A stretch of 25,605 bases of DNA from a virus (Duplodnaviria; Caudoviricetes): positions 1 to 25,605 of IMG/VR virus record IMGVR_UViG_3300031229_000011. The stretch is one strand, 5' to 3'. The notes beneath the pieces were generated by a model. It ran no database searches, was not told the origin of the DNA, and saw only the letters and a program-made list of their open reading frames with translations. How positions within the stretch are numbered: position 1 is the stretch's first letter; every line of letters starts with the position of its first letter. This document shows positions 13,745 to 21,285 of the stretch, one piece after another. The position numbers and the translations under genes are program-made.

Positions 13745-14689
13745 ATGCGTACAGTCCTCGTTAGTGGCGGCAACGGCTTCATTGGGCGATACGTTGTTGA
13801 AGAGCTTCTCTGGCGCGGCTATGCCGTCTCGGTGTTGGACACTCGATGGCGGCCGGGCGTCGAGGGCGCGACGGTTGTCCTGGGCGACATTCGTGACGAG
13901 GTGGCAGTAACCGAGGCCGTCGCCCACGCCGATGGGATCATCCACCTGGCGGGAGTTCTCGGGACCCAGGAGACGATCAAGAACCCACGCCCGGCCGCCG
14001 CCACCAACATCCTGGGCGGGCTCAACGTCATGGAAGCGGCGCTTCAGTACGGCTTGCCGATGGTCAATATCGCGGTCGGCAACTACTGGATGAACAACAC
14101 CTACTCGATCTCAAAGAACACGATCGAACGCTTCGCGGACATGCTCAATCGGTATCGCGACGGGCGGATCGCCGTCGTCAGGGCACTCAATGCCTATGGT
14201 CCCCGACAGACCCCGGCTGCACCCTACGGTCCCAGCAAGGTCCGCAAGATCATGCCGAGCTTCATCTGTCGGGCCCTCGCGGGAGAGCCAATCGAGGTCT
14301 ACGGCGACGGCGAACAGATCATGGACATGATCTACGTCGCCGACGTGGCCAAGGTCCTTGTGACTGCGCTCGAGAGCACCGCAGACGGTGGTCCGCTCCG
14401 CGCGCTCGTTGAGGCCGGGCCGATTGACGGCACGACCTTCTCGGCCGGGACAGGTCGGAAAACGACGGTCAACCAGATCGCTCAGGTGGTGGTCGAGGAA
14501 ATCCTGACCCAGACCGGGGCGGTCGTTCCGTTCAACCACCTACCGATGCGACCCGGCGAGGATGAGCGGTCAGTGGTCCTGGGCGACCCGTCGACACTGC
14601 GCTCGATCGGGGTCAAGCCCGAGGAATTCGTCCCCCTCGAAGAAGGCGTCCGGCGGACCGTTGCGCACTTCATCGAGGAGCAGGGGTGA
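13745..14689 (+). CDS. NAD-dependent epimerase/dehydratase (extended SDR)
   Basis: VLVSGGNGFIG, IIHLAG, YSISK (YxxxK), NAYGP, VYGDGEQ..D.IYVADVA. Confidence 0.92.
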   Translation: MRTVLVSGGNGFIGRYVVEELLWRGYAVSVLDTRWRPGVEGATVVLGDIRDEVAVTEAVAHADGIIHLAGVLGTQETIKNPRPAAATNILGGLNVMEAALQYGLPMVNIAVGNYWMNNTYSISKNTIERFADMLNRYRDGRIAVVRALNAYGPRQTPAAPYGPSKVRKIMPSFICRALAGEPIEVYGDGEQIMDMIYVADVAKVLVTALESTADGGPLRALVEAGPIDGTTFSAGTGRKTTVNQIAQVVVEEILTQTGAVVPFNHLPMRPGEDERSVVLGDPSTLRSIGVKPEEFVPLEEGVRRTVAHFIEEQG

Positions 14690-15492
14690 GTCGCATCCTG
14701 GTGACCGGTGCTGCTGGGTTCATCGGAAGGCATGTTGCGAGGGCCCTCGATGTTCGGGGTGATGCCGTTTTCCGGGCCGACCGGAAGACTGGCCAGAATC
14801 TCGAGGTTCGATCCACCGTAGAGCGACTCGTCGGCAAGTTTCACCCAGATCTGATCATCCATCTCGCGGGTTCCTGCTCCACGCCAGGCAGTGTGGCCAG
14901 CCCGCTGGAGACCTTTGACGACACAGTGTTGACAGCTGTCAACATGCTCGAACAAGCCCGGCGCCGCGCCATCCCGATCCATATCACGAGTTCAGTGAAG
15001 GCTCGCGACGGCATGACGCCGTACGGCGCCGCGAAGCGCATGGTCGAAACCTGGGCGTTTGAGTACAGGAGCGCATATGGACTTCCTGTTGTGGTTAATC
15101 GTCCTGGGACTGTGTATGGTCCTGATCAGGAAGGATCAACAGAGTCAGGCTGGGTCGCCTGGTTCCTCGAAGCCAGTCGGCGTAAGATCAAAGTGGTGGT
15201 CAACGGGGACGGCTATCAGTGGCGCGACCTACTTCACGTGGCCGACTACGTTCGACTCGTTCTCACTCAGCTGGATGATTTCAAGCGGTACGACACAGGC
15301 CAGCCCTGGGACGTCGGAGGGGGACACCGGAACGCAGTAACCGTCAACGACATGGTCCAACACCTGGGCCTTGAGGCGTACTACGGTCCGGCGCGTTACG
15401 GCGACGCAGAGGTCTACATCGGCGAGAACGATGTTCCAGGCTGGAAGCCTGAGATCGACTGGTGGGCGTCGGAGACGCTCCGCCGTGGATGA
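14686..15492 (+). CDS. NAD-dependent epimerase/dehydratase (extended SDR)
   Basis: ILVTGAAGFIG, IIHLAG, YGAAK, TVYGP, GDGYQWRDLLHVAD. Confidence 0.92.
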   Translation: MSRILVTGAAGFIGRHVARALDVRGDAVFRADRKTGQNLEVRSTVERLVGKFHPDLIIHLAGSCSTPGSVASPLETFDDTVLTAVNMLEQARRRAIPIHITSSVKARDGMTPYGAAKRMVETWAFEYRSAYGLPVVVNRPGTVYGPDQEGSTESGWVAWFLEASRRKIKVVVNGDGYQWRDLLHVADYVRLVLTQLDDFKRYDTGQPWDVGGGHRNAVTVNDMVQHLGLEAYYGPARYGDAEVYIGENDVPGWKPEIDWWASETLRRG

Positions 15493-16150
15493 CCTTCTGC
15501 CGACCGCGATCCTGATCCCATCGCTCAATCGACCGCAGCATCTGGAGCGCGTGGTACGAGAGATCCACCTCGCCACGGGTGAGGATCACACGATTCTGTT
15601 CTGTGTCAGTGATGACGAATCAAAAGAGGTCCTCACCGGCCTGGGAGAATGGTTCCTCGACGACGCTGATACCGATGATCGGCGTTACGTCACCCGAATG
15701 AACAAGCTCATCCGCCACGCCGGTGAGGCCAAGACTATTTTCTTCGGTTCAGACGATGTTATCCATCACCCTGGCTGGCTGACATCGGCTCTCAAAGTCA
15801 TGGCAGGTGGTCCAGAGGTTGTTGTTGTCAACGACCTTCGGAATCAGAACGGCACGCAGGCCCTGGTCCGAACGTCGTATCTCGATCGGGCGGTGTTCGA
15901 TGCTCCAGGGAAAGCCTTTCATCCTGGGTACCATCACAACTTCGCTGACACCGAACAGTTCTACACAGCCGCTCGACGCGGTGTCTATGCCCGGGCGATG
16001 CAAAGTTACGTTGAGCACCTTCATCCGATCTTTACCGACTCCCGCCACGTTTCCTGGGACCAGACGTACGAAGATGCAGTCGAACACTTCACCGAAGACC
16101 AGGCCCGGTACGAGTCACGGACCAGGCTGATCGATCGAGCCTTGTCGTGA
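15485..16150 (+). CDS. glycosyltransferase family 2-like (GT-A)
   Basis: GTG 15485; AILIPSLNRP, FFGSDDV, YHHNFADTE, VEHLHP. Confidence 0.8.
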   Translation: MDDLLPTAILIPSLNRPQHLERVVREIHLATGEDHTILFCVSDDESKEVLTGLGEWFLDDADTDDRRYVTRMNKLIRHAGEAKTIFFGSDDVIHHPGWLTSALKVMAGGPEVVVVNDLRNQNGTQALVRTSYLDRAVFDAPGKAFHPGYHHNFADTEQFYTAARRGVYARAMQSYVEHLHPIFTDSRHVSWDQTYEDAVEHFTEDQARYESRTRLIDRALS

Positions 16151-16617
16151 TCGACTCGGCGCTGATCAGAAACAAGGCAGACATCGTCGTCTGTGGGCCA
16201 GAGGGCTCTGGAACGCGGGCACTGGCAGTCAATGTCCACCGACTGTGTGAGCCAGCCGGGCTGACCGTTCGTCATCTGTCGCTGCCCCTCGGGGAGTGGT
16301 GGTGGACCGCCGAGGACGTCAAGGGCGAAATTCCGATTGTCATCACTCGTCGCCCTGATTGCCAGAGTTTCTCAGCCTGGCGCCAGGGGTGTACCTACAC
16401 CCAGGAACAGGCCATCAGTGAATGGCCCCAGGCGATTGCCACACTGGCCTCGATCCCCGGCGCCTACTGGGTGCTGTACGAAGCCCTGGTGGCCGATGCC
16501 CAGCTCCAGCTTACGAACATCGCCGCTCACATCGGGGTCCCCTTCGACAGGGCCCTGTTGAAGCGCGGTGATGACTGGTGGCCGTGGCTCGATGGCAACG
16601 CGAAGTACCTGCGATGA
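16147..16617 (+). CDS. sulfotransferase-like P-loop protein
   Basis: IVVCGPEGSGTR (5'-PSB-like loop), IVITRRP..S (3'-PB-like), VLYEALV......IAAHIG; short for the family. Confidence 0.65.
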   Translation: MIDSALIRNKADIVVCGPEGSGTRALAVNVHRLCEPAGLTVRHLSLPLGEWWWTAEDVKGEIPIVITRRPDCQSFSAWRQGCTYTQEQAISEWPQAIATLASIPGAYWVLYEALVADAQLQLTNIAAHIGVPFDRALLKRGDDWWPWLDGNAKYLR

Positions 16618-17588
16618 AGGTCTTTGTCACGAACTACCACATCAGCGTCAACAAGACGCTGGTGAACGATCTCGTTGCGATCGGTCTGGAGGTGGTTCTG
16701 CCCAGCCAGGAGCTGGCGGCAGGTCGGATCAACTTCTTCGCGTCAAACGGGGAGCACGCCAGGGTGGCCCGGATCGTGGGCTGGGCCGAGTACCTGGCGA
16801 TGGAGCCGATGATCATGCTCGTGCCCTGCACGCAGCTGGTCACGGACTTCATGGCCATCTGGCGCCAGCGGGGTGAGAAGGACGTCCTCATGCTCCTGAC
16901 CGCGAACAGCGATCACGAGCCAGCGTGGCGGACAGTTCCCGCCGACTACATCATCAGCCACGACCTGACCTACCACCGCAAGTCACCCGGCAAGTACCGG
17001 ATCTTGTACTTCTCCCGACCGACCATTCTTCGCGAAAAGAAGACCTCCGGCGAGCTGCGCCAGAGCTTCGACGAGAAGAAGGTCAAGCTCTACATCAACA
17101 ACCTGGAGAGTGAGCGGAACGATGGTCTGAAACCCGAGCACGAGGCGGCAGTCGAAATGCGGGAGCGATGGCAGGACCGCACCGGCTGGCGGATGCCGAT
17201 GTACGGCTACGGCAATTCTGATGGCTGGCCCAGCATGATTGCCACCCAGAACCATCTGGTCGACTCGATGTTCACGTTTGTCAGCAAGCGCCGGGAAACC
17301 TGGGGGCAGCTGATCAACGAGAGCATGCAACTCGGAACCCCGTGTTTGTTCCTTCGGCCGCTGCTCAACAGTACCTTCACGGAGTACCTGATCAACGACG
17401 ACACAGCCATCCTCGGGGACACGGTCGAGGAGCTGGTAGACAAGGCCCTCAGCTTGTCCTGGGAACAGTACGAAACGCTCGTCAACGAGGCGTACTTCCA
17501 GTCGCAGATGTTCTGCGCTGAGGACAATCGACGCGACAAACTGCGCTGGCTCTTCAACAAGGCGGCGCTTGCACTAGAGGAGAGATGA
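16614..17588 (+). CDS. putative GT-B fold glycosyltransferase
   Basis: ATG 16614; ETWGQLINESMQLGTPCL matches the E.FG....EAM..G.P motif of GT4-like enzymes. Confidence 0.65.
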   Translation: MKVFVTNYHISVNKTLVNDLVAIGLEVVLPSQELAAGRINFFASNGEHARVARIVGWAEYLAMEPMIMLVPCTQLVTDFMAIWRQRGEKDVLMLLTANSDHEPAWRTVPADYIISHDLTYHRKSPGKYRILYFSRPTILREKKTSGELRQSFDEKKVKLYINNLESERNDGLKPEHEAAVEMRERWQDRTGWRMPMYGYGNSDGWPSMIATQNHLVDSMFTFVSKRRETWGQLINESMQLGTPCLFLRPLLNSTFTEYLINDDTAILGDTVEELVDKALSLSWEQYETLVNEAYFQSQMFCAEDNRRDKLRWLFNKAALALEER

Positions 17589-17589
17589 A

Positions 17590-17913
17590 ATGGCAACGCT
17601 CACCTGCACGCCCACCGAGCCGATTGCGGTGATCTCTGCGTGCAAGGTCCTCGTCGAGGAAGCCGACCAGAACACCGACACTGGCTACGACACGGACAAC
17701 TACCCGGCGAGCCCTGAGATCCGCTACTACCTGACCTTTGAGCTGGGTGGTGACGAGATCGGTCGGAGCTATGTCTTCGGGACCAACGACGAGGGCACGC
17801 ACGAGTTCAATAACTACGTCTTCCCAGAAGACGGCAGCTGGACAGTCCGGCTTAACGACGCTGCCGATGACTCGAGTGTCGCGACCGAGTCAGTGACGGT
17901 CACGGCCCCCTGA
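17590..17913 (+). CDS. acidic beta-rich hypothetical protein (possible Ig-like virion protein)
   Basis: GAGGAG RBS; FPEDGSWTVRL...VATESVTV. Confidence 0.7.
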   Translation: MATLTCTPTEPIAVISACKVLVEEADQNTDTGYDTDNYPASPEIRYYLTFELGGDEIGRSYVFGTNDEGTHEFNNYVFPEDGSWTVRLNDAADDSSVATESVTVTAP

Positions 17914-18116
17914 TGGATGACAAGCCCGGGCGAATCATCGCCAGCCTCAGTGGCCGAATCGTTCTTCGTGATCCAGTCAGCTGGGACGTCTCGCGAGCCA
18001 ATCGGCCGATCGAACCCGCTGAGCCGACCGTGTCGGAAGTCGAGGCTGCGATCATCGATGTCTTGACTGAGCGTGGCTTTGCGGTCACGGTCGAGTTGAC
18101 GAGGACAGACAAATGA
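17913..18116 (+). CDS. hypothetical protein
   Basis: TGATG overlap. Confidence 0.65.
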   Translation: MDDKPGRIIASLSGRIVLRDPVSWDVSRANRPIEPAEPTVSEVEAAIIDVLTERGFAVTVELTRTDK

Positions 18117-18331
18117 GCATCGAAGCCATCATCATTGCAGTCGTCATCGCGATCGCCGTCGGGGCGCTGCTGGTCTACCTGCTCGGGCCGATCATCAAGT
18201 CGTTGCCCGCTCCGATCGCTCAGATCGTGGGCAACTTCTTCATCCAGTGGGGCTGGGCCATCGGCGTTCTCGCCGGGTTGGTCTGGTTTTTCACGGGCGG
18301 GCCAATCTTTGGCTTCGGCGGCAAACGCTAG
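18113..18331 (+). CDS. small 2-TM membrane protein (holin-like topology)
   Basis: two hydrophobic segments, basic C-terminus; GAGGA RBS. Confidence 0.65.
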   Translation: MSIEAIIIAVVIAIAVGALLVYLLGPIIKSLPAPIAQIVGNFFIQWGWAIGVLAGLVWFFTGGPIFGFGGKR

Positions 18332-18364
18332 CTAACCTCTCAAGGGTTCAACCTGGAGGACACA

Positions 18365-19180
18365 TTGAAGAGCCAGGTCGATTTTGCTGACCTGAAACTC
18401 CTCGGCACCTTCCCGAGTGGCGACGATCGTGACTGCGTCGGGACGATCGCCACCCCGGTTCGTGATCATCTCAACACCGCCACGGCCACGGCCCTCGTGC
18501 ACAACGACTGGACGTGGATACCGCCGGGCAGATACATCAGTCGCTCGATCATCCAGGGCAACATCCTGCCGCTCCAGCGCAACGCCGCCGTGCAGCGCAT
18601 GGGCGGTGATTGGTTGATGTTCATCGACGACGACATGATCTGGCAGCCGGACATGATCGGACGGCTGGTGGCCTCACGCGAGGAGGTTGACGCCGACATC
18701 ATGGGCGGCCTGTGCTTCCGACGATCGGCGCCCTACCAGCCCACGCTATTCATGCGCGAAGGTCCGACCTCTGGCGCCTACAACTATCTCGAGGACTGGG
18801 ACACCGACGTTGTCGAGGTCGACGCCACCGGGATGGCCTTCGTGATCATCCACAAGCGCGTCTTCGAGATGATCGCTGGTGGTCCCATGCCACCATACGA
18901 CGTGCGGACCCAGATGAATCCACCAGAGTTCTTCCGATGGACTGGCATGTTCGGAGAGGATCTCCAGTTTTGCCAGGACGCAAAGGCCGCGGGCGCACGA
19001 ATCTTCGTCGATACCCGAGTTCAGATTGGTCATGTTTCAGAGGTCGAGATCAGGCACGAGCACTTCCTGCGTGAGGTTCTGCATCGTGACCCAGAGGTGA
19101 GTGCCGAGCGAAAACGGGTCAATGACGAGATGGGATTGCCGACTTTGAGTCGACAAAGAATTGAGGAGCTACTCGGATGA
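18365..19180 (+). CDS. glycosyltransferase family 2-like (GT-A)
   Basis: GGAGG RBS, TTG start; QRNAAV...WLMFIDDDM (DxD), VDATGMAFVIIHKRVFE, GEDLQFC...VQIGH. Confidence 0.85.
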   Translation: MKSQVDFADLKLLGTFPSGDDRDCVGTIATPVRDHLNTATATALVHNDWTWIPPGRYISRSIIQGNILPLQRNAAVQRMGGDWLMFIDDDMIWQPDMIGRLVASREEVDADIMGGLCFRRSAPYQPTLFMREGPTSGAYNYLEDWDTDVVEVDATGMAFVIIHKRVFEMIAGGPMPPYDVRTQMNPPEFFRWTGMFGEDLQFCQDAKAAGARIFVDTRVQIGHVSEVEIRHEHFLREVLHRDPEVSAERKRVNDEMGLPTLSRQRIEELLG

Positions 19181-19185
19181 ATAGC

Positions 19186-19260
19186 CCCTCCCTTGCCATG
19201 CCCAGGCTCGGCTTGCCATGCCCGACCGCGCCTCGCCGTGCCAGGCCTCGCCTTGCCGCG
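19186..19260 (+). repeat. degenerate pentamer array (SCNNG)x15
   Basis: CCCTC CCTTG CCATG CCCAG GCTCG GCTTG CCATG CCCGA CCGCG CCTCG CCGTG CCAGG CCTCG CCTTG CCGCG; position 2 is C in 15/15, position 5 is G in 13/15. Confidence 0.9.
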
Positions 19261-19274
19261 ATGGGAACCGTGTA

Positions 19275-19655
19275 GTGGCCGCTCCGTACGATCTGATGCT
19301 CGTTGATGACACCCAGGCTGTCGTTTTCATCGATGTTGAACTACACCAATGGCACTCGGTCTACGCCAGTTGGATGCGACGCCCAGGCTGGTGGCTGCTG
19401 CGCCGCAAGGAAGACTCCAGCATCGCCCTGACCGTTCGGGTCAACGAGGGCGATCAGCCCTACTACACCGCCCGCCATATCGGCATCGCGGGCTCCGGGG
19501 GCAGCAATGAAATCATCGCCTACGGCATCGGCAAGAAGTGTCACGACGGATCGATGGTTCGGCTGTGGGTCATGCCCGACGGCGCGGTTGTCGGCGGAGA
19601 CGACGTCGACCAGCTCGGGGTCTTGATGGTCCGAGCCAAGGGGCCAAGACAGTAG
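19275..19655 (+). CDS. hypothetical protein
   Basis: likely GTG 19275 (MAAPYDLMLV); track start 19218 lies inside the repeat array. Confidence 0.6.
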   Translation: MAAPYDLMLVDDTQAVVFIDVELHQWHSVYASWMRRPGWWLLRRKEDSSIALTVRVNEGDQPYYTARHIGIAGSGGSNEIIAYGIGKKCHDGSMVRLWVMPDGAVVGGDDVDQLGVLMVRAKGPRQ

Positions 19656-19671
19656 AGGAGAGGGGATCGAT

Positions 19672-19986
19672 ATGCCCAAGGCGCAGCCCGTGATGACGGT
19701 CACCCCGTCGTCGGTCTCGATCGGTCAGGACTACACGATCTCTGGCGGCACTGAGTTCCGAGCGGCCGTCCACAAGGACGGCCTGCTCCACTTCGGACTT
19801 GCCAATCCAGGCTGCTGCGTCTACGCCGCTGTCCGGCCTGCCGCAGACGGTTCGTTCGAGTGGCGGGCGGGCCAGAGCCCGATCGGCCTGCCCGGTTTCC
19901 CAGGGACCTATCGGTTCAACATCATCGGGTTCCGCAAGAACGGCGGTCTGTACACATTCGCGTCGGTCGCGGTCCCGGTCGCATGA
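19672..19986 (+). CDS. hypothetical beta-rich protein
   Basis: GAGGAGAGGGG RBS; ORF track. Confidence 0.7.
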   Translation: MPKAQPVMTVTPSSVSIGQDYTISGGTEFRAAVHKDGLLHFGLANPGCCVYAAVRPAADGSFEWRAGQSPIGLPGFPGTYRFNIIGFRKNGGLYTFASVAVPVA

Positions 19987-20381
19987 TCCGCCGTCAGCTT
20001 CCGCTCATCCTCGCCGCCCTGCTTCTGTCTGCCAGCACAGTTGCAGCAGCCCCGGCAGTACCAACGCTGGCTCTGGTCTCGCACCTCGCAAGTGACCCAG
20101 CCGCGCCGTTCGACAACCGTGGCTCGTTCACGTTCTCGTCCACCTCGTATGGCGGTCGCCAGCTCTATCTCATCTTCAACTGTCGGGCGGAGTGGCTCGG
20201 TGGCGGGATCAGCGAGAGCAGCACCCCGCCGCTCGCTCATCGTGGCGACACCGAGACGGTCTACTACCGCAACGGCCTGCACCATTCGGGCCTGCCGTAC
20301 TGCGATTCTTGGGAGGCGTGGATCGCTAAGGCCGATGATCCTCGAACCCCGGTCAGCAACGTCCTCGGGGGCGACCTGTGA
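19983..20381 (+). CDS. putative secreted protein (signal peptide)
   Basis: ATG 19983; MIRRQLPLILAALLLSASTVAA-AP. Confidence 0.7.
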   Translation: MIRRQLPLILAALLLSASTVAAAPAVPTLALVSHLASDPAAPFDNRGSFTFSSTSYGGRQLYLIFNCRAEWLGGGISESSTPPLAHRGDTETVYYRNGLHHSGLPYCDSWEAWIAKADDPRTPVSNVLGGDL

Positions 20382-21049
20382 TCCGCCGTCAGCTTCCGCT
20401 GATCCTCGCTGTCATCTGGATCGCGGCGCTGTTCGGCGTGCACTCAGTGATCGCTGCGCCGCCGCGGGCGTTGGCGTTCGCGGTCGATCACCTACAGATT
20501 CAAGACATCGTTGAGCAGCAGTCGCCGGACTACTTTCTCAATGACCAGAATCCCTTCTATTGCACCCACGACCTCGACGGGACACCTCACCCTGACACCT
20601 GCGTTCACAACCCGACAGATTGCGGCTGGGGTCCCGATGACTCGGAGTCGCGAACTGGAACCGGCCTGGTTACGGCTGGTTCCACGATCAGCACGACGAT
20701 GTGCATCGTCTGGGACGGGAGCGTCAGCAGCGGCGTCAACAAGCACATCTTCAAGGCGTTCGTGAACGCCCCGTCGCTCGGCCTGACGGTCACGCTGTCT
20801 GATTCGCATGGCAACTCGTGGCAAGCCAACCCCGTCGCCATGGGCAACGGGTACCGCTGGACGATCTGCCACAACGACCAGACGCCGGGACCGTATCCCA
20901 CGATCCCCGATTCAAATGGCGGCTACGGCGTCATCGTGACGTACACGTTCACGGTTGCCGGTCTCAGCAAGAACGTGCGGAACGTGAATGCAGTCGCGCA
21001 AACCGGTACTGGCATCTGGTCGATCGACTGTACCGGCGCAATGGTCTAA
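20378..21049 (+). CDS. putative secreted Cys-containing protein (signal peptide)
   Basis: MIRRQLPLILAVIWIAALFGVHSVIA-AP; 6 Cys. Confidence 0.7.
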   Translation: MIRRQLPLILAVIWIAALFGVHSVIAAPPRALAFAVDHLQIQDIVEQQSPDYFLNDQNPFYCTHDLDGTPHPDTCVHNPTDCGWGPDDSESRTGTGLVTAGSTISTTMCIVWDGSVSSGVNKHIFKAFVNAPSLGLTVTLSDSHGNSWQANPVAMGNGYRWTICHNDQTPGPYPTIPDSNGGYGVIVTYTFTVAGLSKNVRNVNAVAQTGTGIWSIDCTGAMV

Positions 21050-21285
21050 TGGAGACGTACTGCTCCGAGGAGTGCCGCCTCATCCACGAGTCGGCCAAAA
21101 AACGAATAGGGGCCTTGGAGCAGATTGTTTCGGACCACAGCCAGCGATTCGACACGCTTCAAACTCCGTGGTGGAAGCGCATCTGGTTCTGGATCGACGG
21201 CTGGCCTTGGTACAACCTGAACGGCACTCAGAAGCGCCGACCGTGGCGTGGGCTCAGGGCTCGGCTTCATAGGTTGGTGGCCTGA
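21049..21285 (+). CDS. hypothetical protein, coiled coil plus Trp/Arg-rich C-terminus
   Basis: TAATG overlap; METYCSEECRLIHESAKKRI...TPWWKRIWFWIDGWPW. Confidence 0.65.
   Translation: METYCSEECRLIHESAKKRIGALEQIVSDHSQRFDTLQTPWWKRIWFWIDGWPWYNLNGTQKRRPWRGLRARLHRLVA

Noticed and set aside
18113-18331. Holin call
   Set aside because: The topology fits, but no endolysin is recognisable nearby; left as a membrane protein
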